Assembly (NCBI GenBank): GCA_965206675.1
Contig: CBDBKL010000003.1
Span: forward strand, 113,478 to 177,477
Reading direction: 5' to 3'
Source: Bdellovibrionales bacterium
GTDB taxonomy: Bacteria; Bdellovibrionota; Bdellovibrionia; Bdellovibrionales; JAKFYE01
DNA length: 64,000 bases
Of the stretch, positions 13,759 to 23,810 are shown in pieces. How positions within the stretch are numbered: position 1 is the stretch's first letter; the number at the start of each line of letters is the position of its first letter. Under the pieces are notes generated by a model. The model searched no databases. It saw only the letters and a program-made list of their open reading frames with translations, and was not told where the DNA came from. The translations under genes and the position numbers were made by a program.

Positions 13759-16700
13759 TAAAAAGTTTATCTTTGTTTCTCTTATCAGTTCAGTGGTAGG
13801 GCTAAGTGTACTTGTGCCCTCTAGTGAGGTTTTTGGTACGAGTAATTCTTTTGTTCCGGGAGCTGCTCAAGATGCTGTTGTAGGGCAGAGAAAATCAAAA
13901 CGACGATCTAAAGTCAGAAAACAAAGAAGAGGGAGAAGAGTTAAGAGAGCTTCAAAAAGACAAAAAAGGGGAAGTGCTAAGAGAGCGGCTAGAAGAAGGA
14001 ATGCCAAGAAAGTTGAAGACCTTTTGAGTTCAATACCCAAATCCAAAAAAAGAAGTCGAGTTATTCCAAAAGTTAGATTGAGAGAAAGAAGAGCTAAAAG
14101 GGTCGATGCAAAGAGGATTCGACCTGTTCGAACGGCCGCTTTAAAATTTTCTTCGGGAGATAGTTCTCGGGATGAGCGCACTCTGGAAAGAACTCTTGAT
14201 AAACAAATTAGAACTCTTTTTAGAGCCATTCAGGAATATGGTAGTGGAGAGGATCGCGAAGGGCTTTTACTGAGGTTGTCTGAATTATATGTAGAGCGTG
14301 CTGCTCTGATTGATCTTAGAATGCAAAGGCGACTCGATAAGGCACTAGAAGCCTGGGAAAAGAAAAAGAGAAAAGGGCGAGCTCCTAAGGTTGGGGGTCG
14401 TAAAGAAATTAGAGATTTCATTTTAAAAGCTATCGAAATGAATAAGTGGTATCTTAAGGACTATCCAAAGGGGAGGCGAGCTGACCAAGCCCTTCTTTTC
14501 TTGGGAAACAATTATGTGGAATTGGGTCGGATTAAACAGGGAGCTCAGTATTACGAAGAATTAGCTAAAAGATTTCCTAAGAGTCGTTACATTAGAGAAA
14601 CGCATTTTGCTTTGGGAGAGTATTACTTTGATAAAGAGCAGTGGAAAACGGCTCTTAAACACTATCGGCATATTATAAAAGATAAGAATTCAAAAAACTA
14701 TTCTGTAGCTCTGTATAAAGTTGCTTGGTGTAATTATCGTATGGGAAAAGTCCGTACGGGGATTCGCTATTTAGAACGTGTCCTTGCGCACGCACGAACT
14801 CAGAAAGAAAGAATACGCTCCGGTGGATTAAGAGCTGATAAGGTCAGGTTGGCTGAAGAAGCGGAAAATGCTTTAGTGCCTTTTTATGCTGATATTTTGC
14901 CGTATAGAAATGCTAGGGGATATTTTTTGAAAAAGGCCGGGCGAAAGAGGCTTTTTTATTTCTTAGAAAAATTGGCTTATGAATATTCCAAGCAGGGAAA
15001 AAGAGTGCAAGCCAGGTATATTTTTAAGCAGTTATTGGATATGAGGCCTATGTCACCTTTAGCCTTTGATTACCAGTACGAAATTGTCACTAACTATGAG
15101 CATGGAGGAAATCATAAAACCTTCCGTGCTGAACTCTATACGTGGATTCGTAATTATGGGGCCAATAGTGCTTGGGCTAAAGCCAACAGGAAGAATGCGG
15201 ATTTGTTGAAAGAGGCCTATGAAAAAAGAGAAGGGAAATTAAGGCAGCATGTTCTTCAATTGCATCAAGCCGCTCAGAAATCAAGGGCACCGTATTCACA
15301 GTCTTTGTCGGAAACAGGGTATAAGCTTTATCTTGCTGAATTTCCCAAGTCAAAAAATTATATAGAAATGAAATTTTACTACGGAGAATTACTCTATGAG
15401 ATGAACAAGCACAAGAGGGCAAGTACTCAATATCTATGGGTGGCTAATAATGCGCCTAAAAGCAAATATCATGAGGATGCCTATCTCAACGCTGTTCTCT
15501 CCTTAGAAAAATTGTTGCCGGATGAAAAGAAAGTCGATGCGGAAGATTTAAGTCTTCGACCCTATACAGAGGTGGAGTCGCAATTTTCTAAGGTGGGTAC
15601 TCAATTTGTACAAGCTTATCCCAAAGCAAAATCGGCTTTGGAGATGCAGTTTAAGTTAGCGCGGATGGCTTATGTTCATTATGATTTTGAAAAAGCTGTT
15701 CCGCTCTTTCAATCAGTGATTGATAAAAGTCCTAAATCTAAATATGCGGTTTATTCAGCGAATCTTATTTTAGATATTTATAACCTCAAAAAAGATTACG
15801 ACGGCTTAGCAAAAGTTGGGAAAGAATTATTGGAGCGCAAGGGTTTGCGGTCATCAGATTTAGAAATAGATGTCCAAGATGTTGTGGAAAGAGCTAATTT
15901 TAAAAAGGCTCAAGATGCAGAAGTGGCCAAGGATTATTTGGGAAGTGCTAAGTTATATGAAAAATTTGTTAAAGATTATCCAAAATCAAAATTGGCTGTG
16001 AGTGCAAGATTTAATGCTGGGGTCAATTATGAGAGGGCTCAGGAGGTCCTTCTCGCAATATCTATGTATAATAAAGTTGTATCTATAAAAGGAAGAGGGA
16101 ATAAAAAACAGAGAAAAGAATCTCATCGTCTTTTAGCGCGCCTTTATGAAAAAACAGGGCAGTACCAGAAGGCGGCAAAACAATTAGAGAGCTTTGCGGG
16201 GAAGTATCCGAATGATCCTAAGGCTGATGAATCTTTGTATAATGCGGCGGTTTTGTTTGAAGGATTAGGTTTATGGACGTCGTCTAGAAGAAGTTATAAA
16301 AAATATGCAGCCAAAAAAGGAAGAAAAGGGGCCAGAGAAGTAGAATATATCTTGGCTCGTATGCAAGAGCGTAGAGGGCGACTGACTTCTGCTTCAACAT
16401 CCTATGAAAAATTTCTTTCAATGAATTCTCCAAAGGCAGATAGAGTTGTGTTTGCAACTTTTAAAGTTGCGGACATTGCAAGACGTTTGCGTAAACGTCA
16501 AAAGGCTGACAGGTGGTATAAGAAGACAGTGTCGGTTCATAGGTCTTTGAGAAAAAAATCTGGGGTTGGTAACTCTGAGGCTGCAGAATCTAAATTTAGA
16601 CTTAGTGAAAAAATATATCAAGAGCTTGTAAAATTACGCATTCCTAAATCTCCTAAGGCTCAACAGAGAGCGGTAAAGAAAAAACTTTCTCTGTTAGATA

Positions 16701-17071
16701 GATTAAATAAAGAGATGGCTACTGTTGTTAAATATGATGATGGGCGTTTTGTAGTTGCTGCTTTAACAACAGTGGGTAAGGCGTACACTCATATGGCGGA
16801 AGCTCTTTACGGAGCATCTGTGCCGAAAGGATTAAGCAAGGAAGATCTGAAAAAATATAAGGATGGTGTGGATGCGATTGCTCGGCCGATGAGAGAGCGT
16901 GGAGTTTCTAGTTATCGAGAGGCTGTTGCAAAATCGAATGATTTAATGGCTTACAGTCGTTGGTCTATTGATGCCTGGGAAGGTTTAAGAAAGTACGATA
17001 AGAGTCTAGATGTTAGAAATTTTGAAGAGCGAGTTTTAAATACTAGAGAATATGACTTAATGGGGATTTAA
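13712..17071 (+). CDS. gltD: Large TPR protein, GltD/AgmU-like
   Basis: Extensive TPR arrays (YPKGRRADQAL, FALGEYYF, ALYKVAWC); position after gltC. Confidence 0.78.
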   Translation: MRLETITTWARKAVSSKKFIFVSLISSVVGLSVLVPSSEVFGTSNSFVPGAAQDAVVGQRKSKRRSKVRKQRRGRRVKRASKRQKRGSAKRAARRRNAKKVEDLLSSIPKSKKRSRVIPKVRLRERRAKRVDAKRIRPVRTAALKFSSGDSSRDERTLERTLDKQIRTLFRAIQEYGSGEDREGLLLRLSELYVERAALIDLRMQRRLDKALEAWEKKKRKGRAPKVGGRKEIRDFILKAIEMNKWYLKDYPKGRRADQALLFLGNNYVELGRIKQGAQYYEELAKRFPKSRYIRETHFALGEYYFDKEQWKTALKHYRHIIKDKNSKNYSVALYKVAWCNYRMGKVRTGIRYLERVLAHARTQKERIRSGGLRADKVRLAEEAENALVPFYADILPYRNARGYFLKKAGRKRLFYFLEKLAYEYSKQGKRVQARYIFKQLLDMRPMSPLAFDYQYEIVTNYEHGGNHKTFRAELYTWIRNYGANSAWAKANRKNADLLKEAYEKREGKLRQHVLQLHQAAQKSRAPYSQSLSETGYKLYLAEFPKSKNYIEMKFYYGELLYEMNKHKRASTQYLWVANNAPKSKYHEDAYLNAVLSLEKLLPDEKKVDAEDLSLRPYTEVESQFSKVGTQFVQAYPKAKSALEMQFKLARMAYVHYDFEKAVPLFQSVIDKSPKSKYAVYSANLILDIYNLKKDYDGLAKVGKELLERKGLRSSDLEIDVQDVVERANFKKAQDAEVAKDYLGSAKLYEKFVKDYPKSKLAVSARFNAGVNYERAQEVLLAISMYNKVVSIKGRGNKKQRKESHRLLARLYEKTGQYQKAAKQLESFAGKYPNDPKADESLYNAAVLFEGLGLWTSSRRSYKKYAAKKGRKGAREVEYILARMQERRGRLTSASTSYEKFLSMNSPKADRVVFATFKVADIARRLRKRQKADRWYKKTVSVHRSLRKKSGVGNSEAAESKFRLSEKIYQELVKLRIPKSPKAQQRAVKKKLSLLDRLNKEMATVVKYDDGRFVVAALTTVGKAYTHMAEALYGASVPKGLSKEDLKKYKDGVDAIARPMRERGVSSYREAVAKSNDLMAYSRWSIDAWEGLRKYDKSLDVRNFEERVLNTREYDLMGI

Positions 17072-17875
17072 TTGATGTCAAAACTTTTGAGTTTATTTAT
17101 TTTAAGTTTATTGGTCGGCTGTTCTTCAGCGGAAAAATCCAAGCCGGATCCAAAGAGTTCAGCAGTCGACTCTAAAGCATCAAGTACTAAGGCTGTGGAT
17201 AAACAGCCGCTTGGAAGTTATAAGGATTTAGTGCGTGCCATTGAAACCAACAACAAAGTGGAAGTGGAGAGGATGGTTAGGGGCTATCTCTCTAAGGATG
17301 AAAAAGATATTAAGGCTTTAAATGCTTTGGGTGTTTATCACTTTACTCAAAAGAAATATGGCCTTGCTAAACTTATATTTCAAAAGATTTTGCAAGACAA
17401 AAGTCTTGCTTCTGTTCACCACAACTTGGGTCTTGTTTATCTCGTCGAAGGTGAGGAGGAGAGTGCTATTGTAGAATTTAAGAAAGCTCTTAGTTTAGAT
17501 AGCTCTCATGTCTTGGCTTCTGCTCATTTGGGTGAAATTCATCTAAAGTACAAAAATTATGAGAAGGCCTTAGAACTTTTGGAGTTTGCGTATAGTGTGA
17601 ACAAGCGAAATGCAGCATTAGCCAATAATTATGCGGTTGCTTTAAGGGCTACGGGTGACTTAGATCGAGCTAGAAATGTTTATGAAAGTATAGGTGGTAG
17701 GGAAAAAAATGTGACAGTTCTTTTAAATTATGCTCTGCTTTTAGGTGATGGTTTAAAAAATGTAGAAAAAGCTAAGGAAATTATCAATAAAATTAAGTTT
17801 TTGACGACAAGTCCTGATATAATAAAGACAGTAAATGATTTGTTAAAACGTCTTGAAGGGGGGAGCACAGGGTGA
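17072..17875 (+). CDS. gltE: TPR lipoprotein, GltE/AglT-like
   Basis: Lipobox LVGC, TPR repeats (ALNALG, HHNLG); synteny. Confidence 0.72.
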   Translation: MMSKLLSLFILSLLVGCSSAEKSKPDPKSSAVDSKASSTKAVDKQPLGSYKDLVRAIETNNKVEVERMVRGYLSKDEKDIKALNALGVYHFTQKKYGLAKLIFQKILQDKSLASVHHNLGLVYLVEGEEESAIVEFKKALSLDSSHVLASAHLGEIHLKYKNYEKALELLEFAYSVNKRNAALANNYAVALRATGDLDRARNVYESIGGREKNVTVLLNYALLLGDGLKNVEKAKEIINKIKFLTTSPDIIKTVNDLLKRLEGGSTG

Positions 17876-18117
17876 AGTCGCTTTTTGGATTCATCTTTTT
17901 TACTATATTCTTGTTTTTTGGACAAGATACCTACGCCCAAAAAAGGCAATCTATTGATTTTGAAGACCAATTAATTGAGGGGCAGTTGAGAAATCCAGAG
18001 CTAGCCTATTTGCTCAAGAAAAAACAATTTAACTTTGGAAGACTTATTAAATTAAGAGAAAACTTTTTGTCAGAATTAAGAAAAACATCTGAACAAGTTC
18101 AACGTGGGGGCGAATAA
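17872..18117 (+). CDS. gltF: Small secreted GltF/CglF-like protein
   Basis: Signal peptide followed by IDFEDQLIEG..P, LIKLRENF. Confidence 0.75.
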   Translation: MKSLFGFIFFTIFLFFGQDTYAQKRQSIDFEDQLIEGQLRNPELAYLLKKKQFNFGRLIKLRENFLSELRKTSEQVQRGGE

Positions 18118-20205
18118 TTGGAACAGCCGCTCTTTTTAAAAATATATAAAGGTAAAGATCTGATTCAGGTCAAACAATTCCTGCAAGAGCAAATTGTTAT
18201 GGGTCGCAATTCAGATGTGGATCTGACTTTAGATGATGAGTCCATATCCCCTGTTCATGCTGTTATAGAGGAGAGAGAAGGTGGATATTTCCTTTGTGAC
18301 ATGGGATCAAAAGGTGGTGTGAAAAAGAATGGACAAGTTGTTTTAGATGAAAGTATAGGAAGCGGTGACTTTATTGAGCTAGGGCCTTATCGGATTGAAT
18401 TTCACGTGGGAATACCGACGCCTAAGAAAAAACCTCCCAAAGTTGTTCCTCATCCTACCGAGGTATCGGAAACGAAAAAGAATTTGGAAAAAGAAGATGC
18501 GAAGAGTTCTTCTGAATCTGAAGAAGAGAAAACATTTTCAGGTGAGGAAAGTGAAGAAACTGTTACAGATTTTTCTGTAAATAAGCTTGATGTAGAAAAA
18601 AAAAGTAAATCGAAAAAAGAAGTAAAAAAAGCCGAGCCCAAAGGCTTAAAGATAAAGCCTCAGCAAAAAGTGAAATCCAATGTTCCCCCTTCTGCTTCGA
18701 CATATAAAGGGGATGTGGTTTTGCCTGAAAGTGGAACAACTCTTGAGATAGTGGTGGCTTGGGAGAATCGTATTTTAAGCTCATACCATATCAATGAGAA
18801 AACAACAGTTAGAATGGGCTCGCACCCTAAGAATGATGTGATTGTTCCTGTTTTTGGTGGTGGCAGTGTTAGTCATCCTCTTGTGCAAATGGATTCTTTA
18901 GCAGAGATCTTTTTGACTTCTGATATGGAGGGGGAATGGACCTCTGGAAAAGAAAAGCGTAAGTTTCGTGATTTAATACAAACAGATTCTGTAAAAGCTT
19001 CGGGTGGAGGATATACCCTTACTCTTCAGCAGGGTGAAATGTTACGTATTAACTTGGATGGTGGAGTATCGGTATACGTAAGGTATGTTTCCACTGCTCC
19101 TAAGCCTCTGGTGGGTCCGTTTTTTGATTTCAGTTCTTCCGAGTTAACGTCCTTTGTTATGATGTTGATTATTGTAGGCCTATTTAGTCTCTATATGAGT
19201 GTGTACACTTCTCCAGTTATTGAAGAGGAACCAGAGCCGGAAAAGAAAAGAGTGGCGACTTTTCAATATAAACATCCTCAGCCTATAAAGCCCATGTCTG
19301 ATCCTCCAAAAAGAGTGACGGTTGGAAAAGCAAAAGTATCGCCTGATAAAAAGAAGGTTAGAAAAAAAGCTCCTGCAAAAAAAATAACTAAGAAAAGGGT
19401 TACCAAAAAGAAAGCTAGAAAGAGACGTTCTAAAAAAGGAAAAGCATCTGCGGCAGCTCCCAATAGATCTAAATCTCGTACTAAAAAATTAACGACACCT
19501 AATCCGGGACGAGGAAAGGGAATTAGAAGAGGGCAGAGAACAGGAAAAGTCAGAGGTGGCGGAGGTGCAAAACAAAAGGATGTTAGAGATACAGGTCTTT
19601 TGAGTGTATTTGGAACAAAGGGAACGCAGGACCAACTTCAAAAAGCCTTACAGGGCTCTGATGCTGTTAGTGGTTTGAGTCAGGGAGCCACAGGTTCTGG
19701 AAGTACAAAAGCAGCAGGTGCTGGAACAGATATTGGTCAAGGGTTGAAAGATTTAGGTCAAGGGGGATCAGGCGTCTCTACAGTTGGTATTAGTGGAGTA
19801 AAAACGAAAGGTATCGGTGGTGGAGATTCGGGTTATGGTTTGGATGCCTCAGGCTCAGGAAAGCGAAGTGTGACAATTGAAGCTGGAGGAGGAGAGGAAG
19901 AATTTGTGGGCTCCATTGATAAAGAAGCTGTTCGTCGAGTCATACAGAGGGGTCTGAATCAGATAAAAACTTGTTATGAAAGAGCATTAAATAGAAACCC
20001 AGGACTACGTGGAAAAGTTGTCCTGAAATGGTCAATTGTTGAACGAGGTCGTGTGAGAAACGCACAGGTGGTGGGGCGTCGCTCTACTTTAAAAAATCAA
20101 AGTGTTTCCAGATGTATGATTTCACGTCTGAGAACTTGGAGATTTCCTGAGCCGCCTATTGGTACTTATGCGGATATTACATACCCGTTTGTGTTTACAC
20201 ATTAA
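18118..20205 (+). CDS. gltG: FHA + TM + TonB-like AgmX/PglI C-terminal domain protein (GltG-like)
   Basis: N-terminal FHA (MGR..D, SPVHA), single TM, Lys/Gly-rich linker, IKTCYER...WRFPEP..ITYPFVF. Confidence 0.82.
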   Translation: MEQPLFLKIYKGKDLIQVKQFLQEQIVMGRNSDVDLTLDDESISPVHAVIEEREGGYFLCDMGSKGGVKKNGQVVLDESIGSGDFIELGPYRIEFHVGIPTPKKKPPKVVPHPTEVSETKKNLEKEDAKSSSESEEEKTFSGEESEETVTDFSVNKLDVEKKSKSKKEVKKAEPKGLKIKPQQKVKSNVPPSASTYKGDVVLPESGTTLEIVVAWENRILSSYHINEKTTVRMGSHPKNDVIVPVFGGGSVSHPLVQMDSLAEIFLTSDMEGEWTSGKEKRKFRDLIQTDSVKASGGGYTLTLQQGEMLRINLDGGVSVYVRYVSTAPKPLVGPFFDFSSSELTSFVMMLIIVGLFSLYMSVYTSPVIEEEPEPEKKRVATFQYKHPQPIKPMSDPPKRVTVGKAKVSPDKKKVRKKAPAKKITKKRVTKKKARKRRSKKGKASAAAPNRSKSRTKKLTTPNPGRGKGIRRGQRTGKVRGGGGAKQKDVRDTGLLSVFGTKGTQDQLQKALQGSDAVSGLSQGATGSGSTKAAGAGTDIGQGLKDLGQGGSGVSTVGISGVKTKGIGGGDSGYGLDASGSGKRSVTIEAGGGEEEFVGSIDKEAVRRVIQRGLNQIKTCYERALNRNPGLRGKVVLKWSIVERGRVRNAQVVGRRSTLKNQSVSRCMISRLRTWRFPEPPIGTYADITYPFVFTH

Positions 20206-20239
20206 GTAAAGGAATTAAAGATTATTAAGGAGGGGTAAA

Positions 20240-20914
20240 GTGGAACCAATGGAACCAATACAAACACAAGAAGAGGTTAATTTTATTGTTAACGCCTTTC
20301 AGGTAGGCGGACCAGTAATGTATGTTATTTTACTGGTTGGGTTAGCAGTGTTATTTCTCATTGTCGAAAGGGCAATGACTTTAAAGAAGCTCAGAGTTCG
20401 TAAAGATGACTTTAATGAGCGTCTTTTTGGAATGATACTGAAGGGTGATGTTCGTGAAGCTATTAGGTTTTGTGATAATCAACCGGCACCATTAACAAGC
20501 ACAATGAAAGCTGGACTTATTCAGGTTTTAAATAAGAGATCTGATGAAGAAGTTCAGGTGGCTATGGATGCTGCTGTTTTAAGAGAAACTCCTCGTATTG
20601 AGGGTTGGACGGCTTTCCTTGCTGTGTTTGGAAATATTGCTACTCTTGTTGGCTTACTGGGAACGATTATTGGTCTTATTATTTCGTTTTCTGGTGTCGC
20701 AGAGGCTGATCCAGCACAAAAAGCGGAAATTTTATCACGTGGTATCTCTGAAGCTCTAAACTGTACAGCGTTTGGACTGATTGTGGCCATTCCATCATTG
20801 ATTGCGTATGGATATTATCAGACACGTGTTGGGCATTTGATAAACGATGTGGTTGAGAGCAGTATGTCTCTTATGAACATTGTTGTGTCCAATAGGGATA
20901 AGGTTAAGGACTAA
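20240..20914 (+). CDS. MotA/TolQ/ExbB proton channel subunit (AglR-like)
   Basis: ATLVGLLGTIIG, GISEALNCTAFGL. Confidence 0.9.
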   Translation: MEPMEPIQTQEEVNFIVNAFQVGGPVMYVILLVGLAVLFLIVERAMTLKKLRVRKDDFNERLFGMILKGDVREAIRFCDNQPAPLTSTMKAGLIQVLNKRSDEEVQVAMDAAVLRETPRIEGWTAFLAVFGNIATLVGLLGTIIGLIISFSGVAEADPAQKAEILSRGISEALNCTAFGLIVAIPSLIAYGYYQTRVGHLINDVVESSMSLMNIVVSNRDKVKD

Positions 20915-20919
20915 GTAAT

Positions 20920-21390
20920 ATGGCACAGATAGAAGAGTCTGGTAGTGGACGATCTAAAAATGTGGAATTAAATTTGGTTCCATTCGTGGATCTTATGAGT
21001 GTCTGTATTATCTTTCTTCTTATAACGGCGGTATGGACTCAAGTTTCAATGATTCAGATTGGCAGTTCTGTGTACGGAAAGAGGACGGAATTTACCCCTT
21101 CCGAGCCTCCACCCCGTCCACAAATTTCTTTTCGTGTTGATGTGAGAGCCTCTGGATATATTGTTAATGTGTCAAAAGGTCGCCATGTTATTCCTTTAAA
21201 GGATGGGGAGCATGATGACTTCTCCCTTTATAATTATATTAAGTCAATTAAGGATAAGTATCCTCAAAAGGAAGATTCAGTCATCGCATTGAGTGATGAA
21301 ATGACGTACGATCACTTAATAAGAGGGATGGACGTTCTTTTAAATGCTGGATTTCCTGAAATATCTGTTGCAACAGGGAGTGTGCGATAA
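20920..21390 (+). CDS. ExbD/TolR-family subunit (AglQ/S-like)
   Basis: ELNLVPFVDLMSV with the conserved TM Asp. Confidence 0.88.
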   Translation: MAQIEESGSGRSKNVELNLVPFVDLMSVCIIFLLITAVWTQVSMIQIGSSVYGKRTEFTPSEPPPRPQISFRVDVRASGYIVNVSKGRHVIPLKDGEHDDFSLYNYIKSIKDKYPQKEDSVIALSDEMTYDHLIRGMDVLLNAGFPEISVATGSVR

Positions 21391-21983
21391 TGCCTATTTA
21401 TGCACCTGGGAAAAGATATGTACGTTGTTCTCGAGTTATGGATTCGGGAAAAGCTAAGCGCAGTATAGTTGCGGTGCTTTCTCTGACGGCTATGGTGGAT
21501 ATGTTTACAGTTTTAACTATTTTCTTATTACAGAATTATAATGCAACAGGAGCAGTGATTCATATTCCGGAAAAGGTCATTCTTCCAAAGGCCTCTGCGG
21601 TAAAAGAATTGGCACCGGCTCATGTTGTGACGGTCACACCAGACTTTGTTATGCTCGATAACAATCAAATTGTTGAATACACTGAAGTTAAAGACCAAAG
21701 AGATTGGATGATTCGCCCTCTCTATAATCGTGTAAGAGACGCTCTACAAAAAGACGAGTTAGAGTATCGTCAAAGCTTAAAACAAACCTTAAAGGATGTT
21801 GTAAACCCTGAGGATAAACAGGGTCTTAAGGAAGAGCAGTTGAGAAAAATAACGGTTCAAGCAGATAAAGATATTGATTTCTTAACTATCAAGAAGGTTA
21901 TGTTTACAGTCACTGAAGCGGGCTCAAGAGAAATTAACTTTGCCGTCATTCAAGAAGAAAGTCGTTATAATCCAGAACTGTAA
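21390..21983 (+). CDS. ExbD/TolR-family subunit (AglS/Q-like)
   Basis: LTAMVDMFTVL, LPKA, VQADK. Confidence 0.88.
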   Translation: MPIYAPGKRYVRCSRVMDSGKAKRSIVAVLSLTAMVDMFTVLTIFLLQNYNATGAVIHIPEKVILPKASAVKELAPAHVVTVTPDFVMLDNNQIVEYTEVKDQRDWMIRPLYNRVRDALQKDELEYRQSLKQTLKDVVNPEDKQGLKEEQLRKITVQADKDIDFLTIKKVMFTVTEAGSREINFAVIQEESRYNPEL

Positions 21984-22019
21984 ATTCTCTCTCTTGAAAT
22001 GTTTCACATTAGGTACTGT

Positions 22020-22682
22020 CTATCCAAATTGTTTTATGTAGTCATTCAGATAGGCTTTTGATTTTTCCGAAACTTTAGAAAAGTGCATTCCGGCGAGCCC
22101 AGATGGATTGATGTATTTTACTGTGGCCTGTACTTCAAGAGGTTCTACAATCAGTAAGCTCTGAATTTTTAATGTAACGAGATCTCCAGCTCTTAACTCA
22201 AAAACATTTTTAACCCCTACACCCTGAGCACTGATATTAAAAATATCTTTATAAAAAGTTTTTGCCCCATGAGTGATTGAAACTCTGCCCACAATAGGAG
22301 CCCGAACATATTTACGCCTTGTTATGCCAATAGCTTCTGTTATGTTACTAAATTCAAATAATCGCACCCACTGTTCCTGACCCTCTGTCCATAGATGCAC
22401 TTGAGATAGATCTTTGTAATAAGATAAGAATTGAATCAATTGATCCTTTGTATAAGGACCAAATTGCTTACTTCTGTTTTCTGCATACCAAAGAGATTGT
22501 TTTTTATTTTTCTGAGTTTGGTCATAAGACTGCTTCCAGTCTTCAAGTGTTAACCACTCTCTTTGTCCCTTTGACCAAATTAATATATCTCTCTCGTCTT
22601 CAAAACAATTGCGATAGATATCCTTCGTTGTAAAAGGACCCATGACATTCTCTTGATAATAAACAAACCAATTTTTATCCAT
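22020..22682 (-). CDS. Tandem GYF_2 domains + PilZ domain protein
   Basis: Likely start MDKNWFVY; two W..GPF/Y...W..GQ..W repeats; PilZ motifs RRKYVR and NISAQG. Confidence 0.78.
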   Translation of the reverse strand: MDKNWFVYYQENVMGPFTTKDIYRNCFEDERDILIWSKGQREWLTLEDWKQSYDQTQKNKKQSLWYAENRSKQFGPYTKDQLIQFLSYYKDLSQVHLWTEGQEQWVRLFEFSNITEAIGITRRKYVRAPIVGRVSITHGAKTFYKDIFNISAQGVGVKNVFELRAGDLVTLKIQSLLIVEPLEVQATVKYINPSGLAGMHFSKVSEKSKAYLNDYIKQFG

Positions 22683-22829
22683 ACCTTGGTTTAGAAATCG
22701 GTATCTAAGTCCTAAGACTTTAGGTCCGTCTAGGAAATGGAAATTCCTAGACCTAAGTCGCAACAGTTCGGCCTAGAAAATCACTAAAAGAGATTCTGTT
22801 TTAAAAAATATGCTGATATACACAAAGCT

Positions 22830-23756
22830 ATGCGTTGGGTCTATATCGCCGGAGGTATTCTTTCTATAGTCATCTTTGGTTGGGTTGCCATTGTAAAACT
22901 TGGTAACCAATTACCACAGTTGGATTTTTCAGGGCTTCATATTCAGCAAAAAATATGGGGTGTTCATGTTACCAATTTTACCTCTGAAGAAAAAAAATGG
23001 GAGCTTTGGGCCACAGAATCTCACCTGTTAGGAGATAATTGGCTATTTGACGATGTAAAACTTCAAGTCAAAAATAAAAAAAATCAAAAATACACCCTTC
23101 GAGGTGAAAAAGCTCGCTTTGAAAAAGAAGGCGAAGACCTAGAACTAAAAGGCAATGTCATTCTCAATTTGGATGATAAAGGTCAGCTGCGAATCGACTC
23201 TGTAAAATATGATGTAAAATCAGAGCGATTAATAAGCGATACCCCATTACATATTTTAAATAAAGATTCAAAGGATACAACATATCAGATGTGGGGAGGG
23301 GGTCTAAAGTTTTACGTGAATGAAGGCAAAATAGTTTTACACCAAGGAGTGCGCTGGCAAGTTGAATTTAAAAACAATAAAAACTCTCGGTTAACAGCAC
23401 GCACAGGTTATTACTGGCTTCATGATCGAGTGGCCCAGTTAAAAGGTCGTGTTGTTGGACATTACGGCTCTTTTAAAATCACAGGACAAAAAGCAGATCT
23501 TGTCTGGAAAAAAGGAGCTATCTATGCTGTCCAGATTTTGGGAAATGTCCGAGTAACGGACGCCCACCGGTCGGCTCGGGCCGATAGATTGCTATTGAGG
23601 GCTGAAGATAAGAATTTGACTTTGATTGGAAATTCAAGATTAGTACAGGGAAGTGATGATCTATCTGGTCATATTATTGAATTTTCAGAGGAGGATCAAA
23701 AAGTCAGAGTCAGTAATGCGAGAGCACGATTCGAGCAACCAGAAGAGAAGTTCTAA
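22830..23756 (+). CDS. lptC: LptC/LptA-like fused LPS export periplasmic protein
   Basis: N-terminal TM, beta-jellyroll pattern (KKWELWA, L.GNV, LIGNSRLVQG); directly upstream of lptB. Confidence 0.75.
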   Translation: MRWVYIAGGILSIVIFGWVAIVKLGNQLPQLDFSGLHIQQKIWGVHVTNFTSEEKKWELWATESHLLGDNWLFDDVKLQVKNKKNQKYTLRGEKARFEKEGEDLELKGNVILNLDDKGQLRIDSVKYDVKSERLISDTPLHILNKDSKDTTYQMWGGGLKFYVNEGKIVLHQGVRWQVEFKNNKNSRLTARTGYYWLHDRVAQLKGRVVGHYGSFKITGQKADLVWKKGAIYAVQILGNVRVTDAHRSARADRLLLRAEDKNLTLIGNSRLVQGSDDLSGHIIEFSEEDQKVRVSNARARFEQPEEKF

Positions 23757-23810
23757 AACTTTCGTTAAAGTGATATTCTATAAACAAATAAGATTTTGGG
23801 TTAATTCAAG

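Noticed and set aside
22705-22760. CCTAG/CTAAG-rich hairpin between the divergent GYF-PilZ and lptC genes
   Set aside because: Single imperfect dyad with no second copy; it cannot be distinguished from an ordinary regulatory palindrome.
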